A stretch of 64,000 nt of DNA from a virus, in the IMG/VR virus record IMGVR_UViG_3300023179_000021, positions 32,001 to 96,000 of that record, one strand, 5' to 3'. Each line of letters starts with the position of its first letter. Position 1 is the first letter of the stretch. Positions 1 to 9,522 of the stretch are shown piece by piece. The position numbers were made by a program, and so were the translations under genes. Below the pieces are notes generated by a model. The model was not told the DNA's origin. It did no database searches and saw only the letters and a program-made list of their open reading frames with translations.

Positions 1-1260
1 CAGTCCAGATACCAGGTACCCAATGGAATGATATAGCAGGTGGTGATTATCATTCCTTAGCTCGTAAATCCGATGGTACCTTGTGGTCATGGGGTCTTAA
101 TCAATTTGGCCAACTAGGAGACAATACCAAAACTTATAGATCCTCTCCAGTCCAGGTACCAGGTACCCAATGGAATGATATAGCAGGTGGTTTTTATCAT
201 CCCTTAGCTCGTAAACCTGTGGCTCCTGTTTTTGGTGAAGGATGTACACTTTGGGCATGGGGTCGTAATGCTGAAGGCCAACTAGGAGACAATACCACAA
301 CTAATAGATCCTCTCCAGTCCAGGTACCAGGTACCCAATGGAGTGATATAGCAGGTGGTTGTAGTCATTCCTTAGCTCGTAAATCCGATGGTACCTTATG
401 GTCATGGGGTTATAATAATAATGGCCAATTAGGAGACAATACCACAACTTGTAGATCCTCTCCAGTCCAGATACCAGGTACCTCCTGGAATGATATTGTG
501 AGTGGTAGTATTCATTCCTTAGCTCGTAAATCCGATGGTACCTTATGGGTATGGGGTCGTAATCAATATGGCGAACTAGGAGACAATACCACAACTTGTA
601 GATCCTCTCCAGTTCAGGTACCAGGTACCCAATGGAATGATATAGCAGGTGGTAATTACCATTCCTTAGCTCGTAAATCCGATGGTACCTTATGGTCATG
701 GGGTTCTAATTTTTTTGGCCAACTAGGAGACAATACCAGAACTAATAGGTCCTCTCCAATCCAGGTACCAGGTACCCAATGGAATGATATAGCAAGTGGT
801 AGTCTTCATTCCTTAGCTCGTAAATCCGATGGTACCTTATGGGTATGGGGTCGTAATGATTCTGGCGAACTAGGAGACAATACCACAACTAATAGATCCT
901 CTCCAGTCCAGATACCAGGTACCCAATGGAATGATATAGAAGGTGGTTGTGTCCATTCCTTAGCTCGTAAATCCGATGGTACCTTATGGTCATGGGGTTA
1001 TAATTGTTTTGGCCGACTAGGAGACAATACCACAACTTGTAGATCTTCTCCAGTCCAGGTACCAGGTACCACATGGAATGATATAGAAAGTGGTGATCTC
1101 CATTCCTTAGCTCGTAAATCCGATGGTACCTTATGGATATGGGGTGTTAATGCTTCTGGCGAACTAGGAGACAATACCAGAACTACTAGATCCTCTCCAG
1201 TCCAGATACCAGGTACCCAATGGAATGATATAGCAGGTGGTAATAACCATTCTTTAGCCA
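1..1260 (+). repeat. 147-bp coding tandem repeats (RCC1 blades)
   Basis: Near-identical units, e.g. aaatccgatggtacc...ggagacaatacc...tcctctccagtccag, recurring every 147 nt. Confidence 0.95.
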
Positions 1261-1280
1261 TCAAATGTTTTCCGGTATAA
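1..1280 (+). CDS. RCC1/BLIP-II repeat beta-propeller protein, 5'-truncated by the window edge
   Basis: Frame is open from base 3. Contains 49-aa repeats (DGTLWxWGxNxxGQLGDNT..RSSPVQIPGTQW.DI.GG..HSLARK), with 7 repeats after the linker KPVAPVFGEGC. Confidence 0.9.
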   Translation, partial: VQIPGTQWNDIAGGDYHSLARKSDGTLWSWGLNQFGQLGDNTKTYRSSPVQVPGTQWNDIAGGFYHPLARKPVAPVFGEGCTLWAWGRNAEGQLGDNTTTNRSSPVQVPGTQWSDIAGGCSHSLARKSDGTLWSWGYNNNGQLGDNTTTCRSSPVQIPGTSWNDIVSGSIHSLARKSDGTLWVWGRNQYGELGDNTTTCRSSPVQVPGTQWNDIAGGNYHSLARKSDGTLWSWGSNFFGQLGDNTRTNRSSPIQVPGTQWNDIASGSLHSLARKSDGTLWVWGRNDSGELGDNTTTNRSSPVQIPGTQWNDIEGGCVHSLARKSDGTLWSWGYNCFGRLGDNTTTCRSSPVQVPGTTWNDIESGDLHSLARKSDGTLWIWGVNASGELGDNTRTTRSSPVQIPGTQWNDIAGGNNHSLAIKCFPV

Positions 1281-1300
1281 TTATTATTTTTTTATAAATT

Positions 1301-1882
1301 ATGCTTTTATTTGATTATGTTACGGTGATGCCAAACTGCTTAAATGATTCTTTACTTGATATGTATTTGTCATTAAAAGAACAAGAAGTTTCTCCGGCAC
1401 TTACCGGTTATTCCGATAACCAAAAAACAAACCTTGAGTATCGTAAAACAAATTGGATTCCTATACCTTATGACCTTTTACAACAAACTCAGGCCTCCAT
1501 TACTTCTTTTTATAATGGTATGCTTCTTGACAAATATAAACAACCAATTAAATTTATTGAACCTACACAATTACTCCATTACCCCGTTGGTGGTGAATAT
1601 AAAGAACATAATGATTCTGAAGATTTTGTCCACGGAAAACTGACAAGAGTTTGCGAAAGAGACTTGTCGATTTTAGCCTACCTAAATGATGACTATGAAG
1701 GTGGTGAACTCGAACTAAATAACTTTAATGTGACATTTAAACCAAAGGCCGGAACTGTGATTTGCTTTCCTTCCTACATTGAATTCACACACCGAGTTTA
1801 TCCGGTGACCAAAGGTAACAGATATACACTTGCAACATGGATATGCACCTATGAACGAATCTACTCCAGACCATACTTATGA
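1301..1882 (+). CDS. 2OG-Fe(II) oxygenase, prolyl 4-hydroxylase-like
   Basis: HxD (EHND), YLNDDYEGGEL, distal H (THRVYPV) and RY motif. Confidence 0.85.
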   Translation: MLLFDYVTVMPNCLNDSLLDMYLSLKEQEVSPALTGYSDNQKTNLEYRKTNWIPIPYDLLQQTQASITSFYNGMLLDKYKQPIKFIEPTQLLHYPVGGEYKEHNDSEDFVHGKLTRVCERDLSILAYLNDDYEGGELELNNFNVTFKPKAGTVICFPSYIEFTHRVYPVTKGNRYTLATWICTYERIYSRPYL

Positions 1883-2492
1883 CAAAGAAGGCTTTATCGT
1901 ACTTCGAAAATTTATACCACATTTTTTCGCTGACTACCTTAAAACCTATTTCGACACATTAAAAACAAACGATAAATTACAAAAAGGCGATGCACAAGTC
2001 GGTAATTCTTTGTGTACCTATGGTGACCCAGCCTTTGATACTTTTATGCTTATGTCGGCACCTTTGATTTCTGGTGCCGTAGGAAAGCAATTATTTCCAA
2101 CTTATACTTACGCACGAATTTATTACAAAGGCTCCGAATTACTTCCACATATTGATCGAGATGAGTGTGAACATTCGGTATCGGTATTTCTTGGTGGTGA
2201 ATATGATACGCTATGGCCAATTTGGATGCTAAATAAAGAAGTACACAAGCAACCTCAAATGTGTGCGCTTTATTCTGGTGATGCCGTAGTTTATCAGGGA
2301 AACAAAGTACATCATTGGCGTGATGGTTTCGAGGGCACCTCACACTATCAATTGTTTATGCACTTTGTTGAAGCCGATGGCAAACACAAGGATAAAATTT
2401 ACGACACTCGCCCCTTTATAGGATTACCAAGTGACACAAAAACAGATTATGGACTTTCAAGCGATCAACGACCAAGCGAAGAACCTGTTTGA
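1851..2492 (+). CDS. 2OG-Fe(II) oxygenase
   Basis: TYTYARIY, LLPHIDR..CEHS, GDAVVYQG, HWR. Start moved to ATG 1851. Confidence 0.8.
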   Translation: MNESTPDHTYDKEGFIVLRKFIPHFFADYLKTYFDTLKTNDKLQKGDAQVGNSLCTYGDPAFDTFMLMSAPLISGAVGKQLFPTYTYARIYYKGSELLPHIDRDECEHSVSVFLGGEYDTLWPIWMLNKEVHKQPQMCALYSGDAVVYQGNKVHHWRDGFEGTSHYQLFMHFVEADGKHKDKIYDTRPFIGLPSDTKTDYGLSSDQRPSEEPV

Positions 2493-3630
2493 CCAAAAAC
2501 AATTTTCTGAAGCTCTTCAATTACTTGATCGTCCTGACCTACCAAAAGAACTCATACCAAATTTAGCCAAGTGCTATTATTACACTTCAAGGGCTCCCGA
2601 GGCTCTTGAATTGTTATTGCCACTGAAGAAAGACGCAGACCTTTGGATTGATACGGCTCTTTATTACAATGCCATAGGAAACCATGATAAGGCTCTTGAA
2701 ATTTATGAGACATTAAATAAAGAAGATTCAAAAGTTGCTTTTAATATAGCCTGGCATTACCTAAGAAACAATGAATTTTCAAAAGGGTTTAAACTCATAC
2801 AAAAAGGGTCTGAAGTAAGATCCTGGGGTCACGAATACCTTCACCTTGAAAATGGCATCGTTCATCCCGAGAACCGATGGAGTGGTCAACAAACCAATCA
2901 TTTAGTTCTTTTACTTGAAGGTGGTCTGGGTGATGAATTTATTTTTTTACGATGGGCCAATTACCTTAAAACAAAATGTAATAAGTTAACCATTCTTTGT
3001 AATCCATCCCTTCTTCGTTTACTGACCAATGCTGGGTATGATGTAATGCCAAGTAGCGCACTGAAAGAATTAGACTACGATCATTATGCACCAAGTATGG
3101 CTTTACCCGATATTCTTGGTTTAAATTCACCACAAGAACATGTCGTTTTTCCTTATATAAAATCCTATGTTGAACCATTTATTACCAAGCAAATGAATAA
3201 AGTAGCGAATGGCCAAAAAAAGATTGGCATTAAATGGTTTGGAAATCCAGAGTTTGAACATGACCAATTTAGAACGGTACCCTCAGATGCACTGAAGGAT
3301 CTTGAAGAATTTGGTCAATTATTTTCTTTACAATTTGAAGATGGTGACCCAAGAATACCAAATTGCCGAGAAATCATTCGAGACTGGCAAGATACCTATT
3401 CGGTCTTTGGTAGTCTTGATTTAATGGTGACCAGTTGTACCAGTACCGCACATTTAGCTGGTGCCATGGGTATACCTGTCATTGTTTTGGTTCCATTAGT
3501 ACCGTATTTTGTATGGGCTTCTGATACAATGCCCTGGTATCCAAAAAATGTAAAGGTTCTCAGACAAACTAAATACAATGACTGGTCTGAAACCTTGAAA
3601 GAACTATACCATGAAATATCAAGAATTTAA
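2449..3630 (+). CDS. TPR-containing glycosyltransferase (GT9/heptosyltransferase-like)
   Basis: N-terminal TPR-like helices, EGGLGDEFIF, LDLMVTSCTSTAHLAGAMGIP. Confidence 0.8.
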   Translation: MDFQAINDQAKNLFDQKQFSEALQLLDRPDLPKELIPNLAKCYYYTSRAPEALELLLPLKKDADLWIDTALYYNAIGNHDKALEIYETLNKEDSKVAFNIAWHYLRNNEFSKGFKLIQKGSEVRSWGHEYLHLENGIVHPENRWSGQQTNHLVLLLEGGLGDEFIFLRWANYLKTKCNKLTILCNPSLLRLLTNAGYDVMPSSALKELDYDHYAPSMALPDILGLNSPQEHVVFPYIKSYVEPFITKQMNKVANGQKKIGIKWFGNPEFEHDQFRTVPSDALKDLEEFGQLFSLQFEDGDPRIPNCREIIRDWQDTYSVFGSLDLMVTSCTSTAHLAGAMGIPVIVLVPLVPYFVWASDTMPWYPKNVKVLRQTKYNDWSETLKELYHEISRI

Positions 3631-4219
3631 ATTATTTCCAACAACTGTCTTGCGTTTTGATTGCTCTGAGGTGATTACAAATGATGATGTAAACGCTATG
3701 ATTTTCGACATTGATAAAATTTGTGACAATGGTAAGTACATACAAGACGATGAAAAAACTCCCAAATATCAAAGTAAACCTATTTTGTTTTTAGATGAAG
3801 CACCAGAAATTTGGCAGAAACTTAAATATACTTTTTTAAATTCTTGCCAACAATATTTACAAACCGTGAATGATTTTGTCAACAATCAAAACTCAATGCA
3901 ATTCACTGGTGCTCGAGCCTGGTTCTACAAGGGCTGGAAATCCTTTAATGTTACACAAACCAACCCATGGCATAATCACAACCCTTCGTTTCTTTCGGGT
4001 GTATTTTATTTAAGTGTTCCTGGAAATGAAAATGAAGGTGGCACCGAATTTATGGACCCAAGACAAAATGAATCTCATGGTGTTCGTAATCAATTTATCG
4101 CACCAATTAATTTAACTTGGGTTATTTTTCCAGGGTGGCTCTATCATCGTTCGAGCTATTGTGATACTGAAACACCTAGGTATGTCATTGCTGCCGATTC
4201 TTATGTAAAAGTGCAATAA
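3611..4219 (+). CDS. putative 2OG-Fe(II) oxygenase (TIGR02466-like)
   Basis: LFPT, WHNH..SFLSGVFYL, IFPGWLYH, RYVIA. Confidence 0.75.
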   Translation: MKYQEFKLFPTTVLRFDCSEVITNDDVNAMIFDIDKICDNGKYIQDDEKTPKYQSKPILFLDEAPEIWQKLKYTFLNSCQQYLQTVNDFVNNQNSMQFTGARAWFYKGWKSFNVTQTNPWHNHNPSFLSGVFYLSVPGNENEGGTEFMDPRQNESHGVRNQFIAPINLTWVIFPGWLYHRSSYCDTETPRYVIAADSYVKVQ

Positions 4220-4806
4220 TGTACCAACAGTTTATTCACACAAAACCGGAAGTCAAAGAGGTGGCCACTGATATTTTGGCCGTTGAATTTTGGAAGCCAG
4301 AGTTTTGTGAGTATGTCATTGAGGCTGCCGAAAACATAGGTGGTTTTCAAAGTCATCCAAGTGACCCGGTACCTGGTTCGGAGCTTCGCATAAATAAAAT
4401 TTCCGAAGAGCTTTACACTTCTTATTGTAGACATTGGAAATATATTCTGCAACCCATTCTTGAAGATTATTATCAACTTCCATCGGAGCAATGGTTCTTT
4501 GGTTGGAAAGTTCCGTTCATTATTAAGTATACAATGAACGGTCAAAGAAATTTAAGAAAACATTTTGATGGCAGCTTAATTACGGGATCAGTGAAATTAA
4601 ATGATAAATACAGAGGTGCCGAGTTAGTATTTCCTAGGCAAAAGTTTTCAAATAAGAATGTTCCTATTGGTTGGATTTTACTTTGGCCAAGCAGTATACA
4701 ACATTTACATTTTTGTGATGATTTAATAGAGGGTACAAAATATTCTTTGACTTGTTGGACTAAACAGGATATAAAAGAGCAAGGAATCAATTACAAGGAT
4801 GTTTAA
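4219..4806 (+). CDS. 2OG-Fe(II) oxygenase resembling the procollagen lysyl-hydroxylase catalytic domain
   Basis: FIIKYTMNGQRNLRKHFDGS.IT..VKLN..Y.G.EL.FPRQ, HLH, GTKYSL. Confidence 0.75.
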   Translation: MYQQFIHTKPEVKEVATDILAVEFWKPEFCEYVIEAAENIGGFQSHPSDPVPGSELRINKISEELYTSYCRHWKYILQPILEDYYQLPSEQWFFGWKVPFIIKYTMNGQRNLRKHFDGSLITGSVKLNDKYRGAELVFPRQKFSNKNVPIGWILLWPSSIQHLHFCDDLIEGTKYSLTCWTKQDIKEQGINYKDV

Positions 4807-6989
4807 TGGTAACTAAAAATGTATTTCGTTTAAAGAAATATTATGAATTAGTTTTGGCTGGTTGTGTGGGTTATGATGCTACGTTTGATGGCGGTGAATT
4901 GTGGTCGTGGGGTTATAATGGTGATGGCCGACTAGGAGACAATACCAAAACTTGTAGATCCTCTCCAATCCAGATACCAGGTACCCAATGGAATGATATA
5001 GCAATCGGTAATTCTCATTCCTTAGCTCGTAAATCCGATGGTACCTTGTGGGCATGGGGTGATAATGGTAGTGGCTTTCTAGGAAACAATACCACAACTC
5101 CTAGATCCTCTCCAGTCCAGATACCAGGTACCCAATGGAGTGATATAGCAAGTGGTGGTAACCATTCTTTAGCCTGCAAATCTGATGGCACTTTATGGGT
5201 GTGGGGATCTGGTAATTGTGGCCGTTTAGGAATCAATTCTACATCTCAAAGATCCTCTCCGATCCAGGTACCAGGCACCACATGGAGTGATATATCGGGT
5301 GGTGAAAGTCATTCCTTAGCTCTTAAATCCGATGGTACCTTGTGGTCATGGGGTTATAATGTTTATGGCCAACTAGGAGACAATACCACAACTCAAAGAT
5401 CCTCTCCAGTCCAGGTACCAGGCACCCAATGGAATGTTATAGAGGGTGGTAGTTCCCATTCCTTAGCTCGTAAATCCGATGGTACCTTATGGGTATGGGG
5501 TAATAATAGTTCTGGCAACCTAGGAGACAACACCACAACTTGGAAATCCTCTCCAGTCCAGATACCAGGTACCCAATGGAATGATATAGTAGGTAGTGCT
5601 AGTTTTTCTTTAGCTCGTAAATCCGATGGTACCTTATGGTCATGGGGTTATAATGGTTCTGGCCGACTAGGAGACAATACCACAACTAATAGATCCTCTC
5701 CAGTCCAGATACCAGGTACCCAATGGAATGATGTAGGGAGTAGTGTTGCCCATTCCTTAGCTCGTAAATCCGATGGTACCTTATGGTCATGGGGTGTTAA
5801 TAATTGTGGCCAACTAGGAGACAATACCACAACTTATAGATCCTCTCCAGTCCAGATACCAGGTACCCAATGGAATGATATAGCAGGTGGTAGTTCCCAT
5901 TCCTTAGCTCGTAAATCTGTGGCTCCAGTTTTTGATGAGGGTGCTTGTACCTTATGGTCATGGGGTTATAATAATTGTGGCCAACTAGGAGACAATACCA
6001 CAACTAATAGATCCTCTCCAATCCAGATACCAGGTTTTCGGTGGAATGATATAACAGGTAGTGGTTGTCATTCCTTAGCTCGTAAATCCGATGGTACCTT
6101 ATGGGCATGGGGTAATAATGGTCAAGGCCAACTAGGAGACAATACCATAACTCCTAGATCCTCTCCAGTCCAGGTACCAGGTACCCAATGGAATGATATA
6201 GCAAATGGTAATAGGCATTCCTTAGCTCGTAAATCCGATGGTACCTTATGGGCATGGGGTGCTAATGGTAGTGGCGAACTAGGAGACAATACTGGAACTT
6301 ATAGATCCTCTCCAATCCAGATATCAGGTACCCAATGGAATGATATAGAAGGTGGTGGTAGCCATTCCTTAGCTCTTAAATCCGATGGTACCTTATGGGT
6401 ATGGGGTTATAATTATAATGGCCAACTAGGAGACAATACCAATACTAATAGATCCTCTCCAATCCAGGTACCAGGTACCCAATGGAATGATATAGCAGGT
6501 GGTGTTAGCTTTTCCTTAGCTCGTAAATCCGATGGTACCTTGTGGTCATGGGGTGCTAATGGTGTTGCCCAACTAGGAGACAATACCAGAACTTATAGAT
6601 CCTCTCCAGTCCAGGTACCAGGTACCCAATGGAATGATATAGCGGGTGGCGGTTTTCAATCCTTAGCTCGTAAAACCGATGGTACCTTATGGGCATGGGG
6701 TAATAATGGTCGAGGCAACCTAGGAGACAATACCAGAACTTATAGATCCTCTCCAGTCCAGATACCAGGTACCCAATGGAATGATATAGGAGGGGGATGT
6801 CTTTATTCCTTAGCTCGTAAAACCGATGGTACCTTATGGGTATGGGGCGATAATGATAAAGGTCAATTGGGACAAATAACTTATACTGATCGGAGGTCTT
6901 CTCCAGTCCAGGTACCAGGTACCCAATGGAGTGATATAGCAAAGGTTGATAACCATTCTTTAGCCATCAAATACAATAGTACCGCTTAA
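4806..6989 (+). CDS. RCC1-repeat protein with 14 repeats (two tandem 7-bladed propellers)
   Basis: 7 repeats, linker SVAPVFDEGAC, then 7 repeats; paralogue of 1..1280. Confidence 0.9.
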   Translation: MVTKNVFRLKKYYELVLAGCVGYDATFDGGELWSWGYNGDGRLGDNTKTCRSSPIQIPGTQWNDIAIGNSHSLARKSDGTLWAWGDNGSGFLGNNTTTPRSSPVQIPGTQWSDIASGGNHSLACKSDGTLWVWGSGNCGRLGINSTSQRSSPIQVPGTTWSDISGGESHSLALKSDGTLWSWGYNVYGQLGDNTTTQRSSPVQVPGTQWNVIEGGSSHSLARKSDGTLWVWGNNSSGNLGDNTTTWKSSPVQIPGTQWNDIVGSASFSLARKSDGTLWSWGYNGSGRLGDNTTTNRSSPVQIPGTQWNDVGSSVAHSLARKSDGTLWSWGVNNCGQLGDNTTTYRSSPVQIPGTQWNDIAGGSSHSLARKSVAPVFDEGACTLWSWGYNNCGQLGDNTTTNRSSPIQIPGFRWNDITGSGCHSLARKSDGTLWAWGNNGQGQLGDNTITPRSSPVQVPGTQWNDIANGNRHSLARKSDGTLWAWGANGSGELGDNTGTYRSSPIQISGTQWNDIEGGGSHSLALKSDGTLWVWGYNYNGQLGDNTNTNRSSPIQVPGTQWNDIAGGVSFSLARKSDGTLWSWGANGVAQLGDNTRTYRSSPVQVPGTQWNDIAGGGFQSLARKTDGTLWAWGNNGRGNLGDNTRTYRSSPVQIPGTQWNDIGGGCLYSLARKTDGTLWVWGDNDKGQLGQITYTDRRSSPVQVPGTQWSDIAKVDNHSLAIKYNSTA
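4895..6965 (+). repeat. 147-bp coding tandem repeats, same unit as 1..1260
   Basis: Scaffold nucleotide sequence is shared with the first RCC1 gene. Confidence 0.95.
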
Positions 6990-7007
6990 TCTTAATGAAA
7001 GTAAATT

Positions 7008-7865
7008 ATGAAAAATATGAATTTTTGTATAGGGTTGCCTCGTTCCGGTTCAACCCTTTTGATGAATATCCTTCAACAAAACCCTAGCATCTTTACATCA
7101 TCAACTTGTCCAACTCCATACCTAGTTGAAGGTTGTAAAATACAGGCCACATCTATATCCGAGTTTATTGCTATGGATCAGGATGTGCTTACTAAGTCTC
7201 TCCTTTCTTTTATGAAATATGGTATTGATGGTTGGTACAATGCCTTAACCAATAAACCAAATATCATTTCTAAGTCGAGGTGCTGGGACAGTAATTTAAA
7301 TATGATTTTTGCTCTTTATGAAAACCCCAAGATTATCATTTCGCTTCGTGATGTTCGAGATATAATTTGTTCTTTTGAAAAACTTCTTCAAAGACATCCA
7401 ATGTGGACAATAGGTTCCAAAGAAGACCCTGTACACCTAATGCCCTTTGAAAAACGAATGGAAATTTATTGTACCGATGTTGGTGCAAATTTAGGAAGGC
7501 CACTTTATTACCTTCCACATGTTTACGAATGGATGCAAAAGAGGCCAAATAATTTCTTTCTTTTTCGTTTTGAAGACTTTAATGAAAAACCAAAAGAATC
7601 GTTGAGATCACTGTATCAATGGCTCGACCTACCCTATTTCGACCATGACTTAAATAACATACCTCCGGCTGAACAGTATGAACATGACACTGTTTATCGA
7701 GCTCTAGTTTCACACAAGACCGAAACAAAACTAAGATATATGGAACCGAACTATATATCTATGATGACGCCAGAACAATCGGACCTTGTCATACGGCACA
7801 ATGAATTTTTTTACAAGACATTTTATCCTGAAATTTATTATGAAAAATCAAATAGAATTTCGTAA
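7008..7865 (+). CDS. sulfotransferase (PAPS-dependent)
   Basis: 5'-PSB motif GLPRSGSTLL, 3'-PB motif LRDVRDIICS, RFEDF. Confidence 0.85.
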   Translation: MKNMNFCIGLPRSGSTLLMNILQQNPSIFTSSTCPTPYLVEGCKIQATSISEFIAMDQDVLTKSLLSFMKYGIDGWYNALTNKPNIISKSRCWDSNLNMIFALYENPKIIISLRDVRDIICSFEKLLQRHPMWTIGSKEDPVHLMPFEKRMEIYCTDVGANLGRPLYYLPHVYEWMQKRPNNFFLFRFEDFNEKPKESLRSLYQWLDLPYFDHDLNNIPPAEQYEHDTVYRALVSHKTETKLRYMEPNYISMMTPEQSDLVIRHNEFFYKTFYPEIYYEKSNRIS

Positions 7866-8373
7866 GGTATTTAAAGAACTTCCAGTTTTTACAACAAACA
7901 TTGGTCAACATCGACAGGCTATTGAAATGGCCGCTAAAGCCATTTTTGAAGAGCGCCAAAAAAATCCAAGAAGAATGGAATCTAATGTTAAGGCCGATTA
8001 TGTTTCTTCTTGGGGAAGCCATTTAAACAATCCAAATTTTCAGCCACTCATTGACATTGTTCTATCGTTTTGTGAAGAAGTATCTAAGACATATTTTAAT
8101 GTTGAATTGAAGTATAAAATATATAATTGTTGGGGTATGTTATATGAGAAAGGCGACTATGCAGTAAAACATTCACATTTTCCATCGACCTTTGCTGCGG
8201 TTATATACCTTGAAGTTGAAAAAGATTCTGCACCAATTGTATTTGAAGATGAACTGACCGTTGTTCCAGCTTCAGGCTCATTAATTCTTTTTCCAGCGAT
8301 TCTTCACCATGAAGTGCCTAAAACAAAAGGACGAAGAATGGTAATTTCTATGAACATCGACCACATATCATAA
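7840..8373 (+). CDS. putative 2OG-Fe(II) oxygenase
   Basis: WGMLY..GDY..KHSH, AAVIYL, ILFPAILHHEV, RMVISMN. Confidence 0.75.
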   Translation: MKNQIEFRKVFKELPVFTTNIGQHRQAIEMAAKAIFEERQKNPRRMESNVKADYVSSWGSHLNNPNFQPLIDIVLSFCEEVSKTYFNVELKYKIYNCWGMLYEKGDYAVKHSHFPSTFAAVIYLEVEKDSAPIVFEDELTVVPASGSLILFPAILHHEVPKTKGRRMVISMNIDHIS

Positions 8374-8383
8374 CGGAGTACCT

Positions 8384-8848
8384 ATGAACCAAAGAATTAT
8401 TAACGTATTTAATGACTTTCAAATTGCTGACCTTGATGATGATATGGTTGGAATTTGTAAGACATTGGTAGATTTTATGAAAGAGATTCGTCGGCAAATA
8501 CCCGATGAAGAGTACCCTGAAGCCGAACCGCCACATAACTTTTATAAAATGCAACCACATCAGCCAAAAATGGAGTTAAGAAAAAACTACAGAAAACTTT
8601 TGGCTAATACCGTAAGAAATCAACACCCAATTGTATCTCATAACATTAAACTTTTAAACCTTTATGTTGTTCTTCTTACAGCTGCATACCTCTATCACCT
8701 GCCCGTTGAAAAGATGGTTGAACTCAGTAAAAATGTCGATGGTGAATTTACAAGAAAAGAATCTGAACAATTATTGCTTGATGATACCATGTCGCCGAAC
8801 TGGCTCAAAGAACCATCGGGAAAGGACTTCACTGCGATTATGTTATGA
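8384..8848 (+). CDS. hypothetical protein
   Basis: 154-aa ORF with GGAG RBS, in operon. Confidence 0.6.
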   Translation: MNQRIINVFNDFQIADLDDDMVGICKTLVDFMKEIRRQIPDEEYPEAEPPHNFYKMQPHQPKMELRKNYRKLLANTVRNQHPIVSHNIKLLNLYVVLLTAAYLYHLPVEKMVELSKNVDGEFTRKESEQLLLDDTMSPNWLKEPSGKDFTAIML

Positions 8849-9522
8849 AATTTAATTATGAATATACACATGAACGTGAAATTGAATCGGCTTACATACT
8901 TAAATTATCAGGTAATCCAGTTTCACAAGAGCTTTCTGAAAGATGTAAATACACTTGTGACAAAGTTGGAATGCCTGCTAAATATTGGGAGGCCTTTGAT
9001 GGCACCAATAAAGTTGATGTCATTATACCAAATCACCTTAAAAACAAAGATCATATACAGTGGCTAAAAGTACATAAAACAGACATAAGTACCACGCAAG
9101 TTGCTATTATCATGTCGCATTTTTCATTATGGTGCCACTGTATGACCATTGATAAACCAATTGTTATTTTTGAACATGATGCTGTAATGATTAAACCTTT
9201 ACTTAAATTTGGTTTTTATAATATGATACAGTTTTTAGGATGTATAGAACAAGTAAAGGGAACGCTACCGGTATTTAAGTTACCTCCACACGCATCTTGG
9301 TATGAAGGCCGCCTAAGGTTTATTTGTCGTGCTCATGCGTATGCCATTGACCCACAAATAGCCAAAAATTTAGTTTCTCATATTCTAAGAGTTGGAATTA
9401 TTACAACGGCTGATGTTTTTATGCGCTCCGATTTATTTGGAATTATACAAGATGATGTGTATGCCTACGATATGGCTGGTGAATCTATAAATTACGAACT
9501 ACAGAACTCCATAAATTCATGA
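8845..9522 (+). CDS. glycosyltransferase, GT25-like
   Basis: AYILKL, WEAFDG, SHFSLW, IVIFEHDA, AHAYAI. Confidence 0.7.
   Translation: MKFNYEYTHEREIESAYILKLSGNPVSQELSERCKYTCDKVGMPAKYWEAFDGTNKVDVIIPNHLKNKDHIQWLKVHKTDISTTQVAIIMSHFSLWCHCMTIDKPIVIFEHDAVMIKPLLKFGFYNMIQFLGCIEQVKGTLPVFKLPPHASWYEGRLRFICRAHAYAIDPQIAKNLVSHILRVGIITTADVFMRSDLFGIIQDDVYAYDMAGESINYELQNSINS

Noticed and set aside
97-6942. Minus-strand ORFs with repeated MWYCLLVG/RYHRIYELRN
   Set aside because: Antisense shadows of the RCC1 repeats.
1-6989. Classical diversity-generating retroelement acting on the RCC1 repeats
   Set aside because: NNT codons are suggestive, but synonymous adenines in the scaffold (cca, gga, cta) are nearly invariant, and no RT or template repeat is in the window. 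Not supported here, though not excluded genome-wide.
1-6989. CRISPR array
   Set aside because: The repeats are in-frame 147-bp coding units without unique spacers, and there are no cas genes.
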